Source of the DNA: Malacoraja senta
Lineage: Eukaryota
Assembly: GCA_038087875.1 (NCBI GenBank)
Contig: CM075997.1
Location: 5,148,001-5,212,000 of the forward strand
Length of the DNA: 64,000 nucleotides
Direction of reading: 5' to 3'
The translations under genes and the position numbers were made by a program. The notes below the pieces were generated by a model that was given only the letters and a program-made list of their open reading frames with translations, was not told the DNA's origin and searched no databases. Below, in pieces: positions 60,985 through 64,000 of this stretch (the stretch's first letter is position 1; each line of letters starts with the position of its first letter).

Positions 60985-61680
60985 GTGAGTCCGGGTCAGG
61001 AAACCTTGTAGAACGTCAATGCCGTATAAAACTCGGGTCTATTATTGTCCAGTTGATAAGTTCTAAGAGCAAAATTAGGCCCATCAAGTCTACTCCGCCA
61101 TTCAATCATGGCTGATCTATCTCTCCCACGAACCCCATTCTCCTGCCTTCTCCACATAACCCCTGACAACCGTACTAATCAAGAATCTATCAATATCTGC
61201 CTTAAAATGCTCACTGACTTGGCCTTCACAGCCTGTGGCAATGAATTCCACAGATTCACCACCTTCTGACTAAATAAATTTCTCCTCATCTCCTTCCTAA
61301 ATGTATCTCTTTTAATTCTGAAGCTATGACCTCTAGTCCTAGACTCTCCCACTAGTGGAAACATCCTCTCCACACCCCTCTATCCAGGCCTTTCGCTAGT
61401 CGGTCAGTTTATATCTTCCCCGCTCAACCCTTGGGTTTTCTTGAATCCAATTTGTGGGATAACATGGGACTCGTGTGAGCGGGTGATGAATGGCCACTTT
61501 CAACCAGTCTAATCACCTACAGGAGTTATTTCCTCCTGGCTTTATATGTCTGAATCCATCTTCCTAAACCTTGCGCACGCTTTTTTGGCCAAATTTGCGT
61601 CTCTTTTGGTCACCTCAGCTCGCCTTTCTCTGCAACGTGACAAGTTGCTGTGAAATTCTTTGCTTGCCTACTCGAGGTAT

Positions 61681-62297
61681 AACCATATAACCATATAACC
61701 ATATAACAATTACAGCACGGAAACAGGCCATCTCGACCCTTCTATTCCGTGCCGAACACGTATTCTCCCCTAGTCCCATCTACCTGCACTCAGACCATAA
61801 CCCTCCATTCCTTTCCCGTCCATATAACTATCCAATTTATTTTTAAATGATAAAAACGAACCTGCCTCCACCACCTTCACTGGAAGCTCATTCCACACAG
61901 CCACCACTCTCTGAGTAAAGAAGTTCCCCCTCATGTTACCCCTAAACTTCTGTCCCTTAATTCTCAAGTCATGTCCCCTTGTTTGAATCTTCCCTACTCT
62001 CAGTGGGAAAAGCTTATCCACGTCAACTCTGTCTATCCCTCTCATCATTTTAAAGACCTCTATCAAGTCCCCCCTTAACCTTCTGCGCTCCAAAGAATAA
62101 AGACCTAACTTGTTCAACCTTTCTCTGTAACTTAGTTGCTGAAACCCAGGCAATATTCTAGTAAATCTCCTCTGTACTCTCTCTATTTTGTTGACATCCT
62201 TCCTATAATTAGGCGACCAAAATTGTACTCCATACTCCAGAATTGGCCTCACCAATGCCTTGTACAATTTTAACATTACATCCCAACTTCTATACTC
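61681..62297 (-). mobile_element. Young 5'-truncated CR1 insertion with (ATATGGTT)n tail and AGGTAT target-site duplication
   Basis: Uninterrupted ORF2 C-terminus (EYRSWDVMLKLYKALVRPILEY...GRWD*); AGGTAT at 61675-61680 and 62298-62303. Confidence 0.9.
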
Positions 62298-64000
62298 AGG
62301 TATGCAAAGAGTTGCTAGCCAGTATCTCGCCCTTGCCCCCCCCCCCCTCTCAAGGCCGTGACCTCTGTTGGGCCAGGAAAATGGTAAGTCTCTGGAACCA
62401 AGGGTGCCGGAGAATCTGTGGTGGACCTGTCCTGCCAATTTAGTGCCTTTGTGCCAACTCCAGACTTGCTGAATCCCCATTCAAAACAACCTTAAATCGT
62501 ACTGGATGCAGTTGTGAGCTCTTCCACTGGGACAAACACCAGTCACCTGGCCTGGCTCGCTTCCCAACACAAGGTGGTCCACGTTCCCTTCTCGGGTTGG
62601 ACGATCCACATATTGTTTCAAGACACCGTCTTGGGTAAACCTCACAAATCCTACACCGTCAAAGCCATTGGCACTGACCAAGTGGCAGTCAGTACTGCGG
62701 ACGTCAACATCACCAACTATGACCTTCCTGTTGCGTTGGCATATTTCCTTTCTGTTCCTCCATCTACTGCCTACTTTTTGGGAGCCTATAGTACAATCCC
62801 ATTAGAGTGCTTGTGCCTTTCTTATATCTAAGCTCCACCCATATGGCCTCAGCGGATAATCCCCCTCACCCCCCCAGAGTATGTCCTCTGAGTGCTGATG
62901 TGACATTTAGTTTTAGAGAAACAGGCCCTTTGGCCCTCCGAGTCTGCACCGACCAGCGATCCCTGCACATTAACACTACCCTACACACACTAGGGACAAT
63001 TTACATTTACACCAAGCCAATTAACCTACATACCTGTGTGTCTTTGGAGTGTGGGAGGAAACCGAAGATCTCGGAGAAAACCCACGGGGAGAACGTTCAA
63101 ACTCCGTACAGACAGCACCCGTAGTCGTGATCGAACCCGGGTCTCTGCTGCTGTGAGGCAGCAACTCTACCGCTGTGCCACTGTGGCCGCCTACATTCGC
63201 CCTGAATAGTAACTCAAATCTTCCACTTTTCCCCCCTCTCTCTATTGCACCTGGAACACAGAATCCCTGAAATACTGGTGATGGTGGGTGTTATTTAACT
63301 GGGAGTGGGTGGAGGGGTGGTTGAGGATGCTGGAAGTGGGATCTCAACCGGTAAGATAACCATTTTCCTCGAGTGCAGACACGTTGGCTGATCTACCACT
63401 GCTGGGTGGACAACACCTGCGGCTCGTGTCCCTGTCGGGATCAGGCCATGTTCTGGGTCTGATTAGATTTGGTGCAACGTCAGCTTTGATTATTGCATTC
63501 CTCCCTCTGCACACTCACACGATCTGGGCTTCACAGCCCACTGATAGACCCCAGCCCAACACACCACCACAATGTTTGTGTAGCACTGGTAGTGAGCTGT
63601 AGTCTGGAGACACGAGTAACTGCAGGTGCTACAACCGAGTGTGGAATACAAAGTGCTGGAGTAACTCTGGGGGGGTCAGGCAATATCTATGGAGGACATG
63701 GATGAGGGTGGGAAGAAGGGTCCCGACTTGAAACGTCACCTATCCCTGTCCTCCAGAGATGCTGCCTGACCTGCCGAGTTACTCCACCACGTTGTGTTCT
63801 CGGAGTGTCTGTGGTCCCCATTGCTGGCTGAACGTAGCAAGGACAGGTCCATGGGGATGGACATGGACAGTTCAAACCTGGGTACATTAGAAGATACAGA
63901 GTGCATGCGGTTAGTGGTTAGTACCCTGCCTATCATTGCGTGAGTCTGGGGTTCAATACCCTCATTGGGAGATGAGTATTACAGGTGCTACAACTGTTAG

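Noticed and set aside
62355..62383. Possible small next ARHGAP11-like exon (caag|GCCGTG...AAAATG|gtaagt)
   Set aside because: Good donor, but the peptide does not resemble the expected VP(D/E)F-type continuation; unsupported without RNA data.

Overview
Eukaryotic, repeat-dense vertebrate DNA, most likely a cartilaginous fish (skate/ray-like), judged from the HE1-type V-SINE, HER1/CR1 LINE and Penelope content. The six-frame ORF track mostly reports repeat noise. Reading splice sites by hand gives three intron-containing genes. (1) The last three coding exons of a RASGRP4-like gene (+, 286-11277): C1-domain end, TQT motif and, unlike mammalian RASGRP4, a C-terminal coiled coil. (2) A complete 8-exon FAM98C-like gene (-, 39752-15993), convergent with it, with an apparent 1-bp frameshift in exon 3. 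(3) Two RhoGAP exons of an ARHGAP11-like gene (+, 57115-60984), whose 5' exons, including the arginine-finger exon, I cannot find; a 200-N gap lies at 41378-41577. The rest is CR1, Rex1/Babar and L1 LINE fragments, V-SINEs, Penelope (GIY-YIG) 3' ends, a MITE family with shared termini, and micro/minisatellites. The most striking hidden signal is that the abundant Penelope-derived repeat carries a minimal hammerhead-ribozyme core (CUGAnGA-A-stem II-GAAAC-GUH). Four independent 93-100 bp units start at that core, share a fixed 3' end and sit between 7-11 bp target-site duplications, so they look like a ribozyme-bearing mini-retroposon. Many other copies form fold-back palindromes. Repeat boundaries are approximate; exon boundaries were read base by base.
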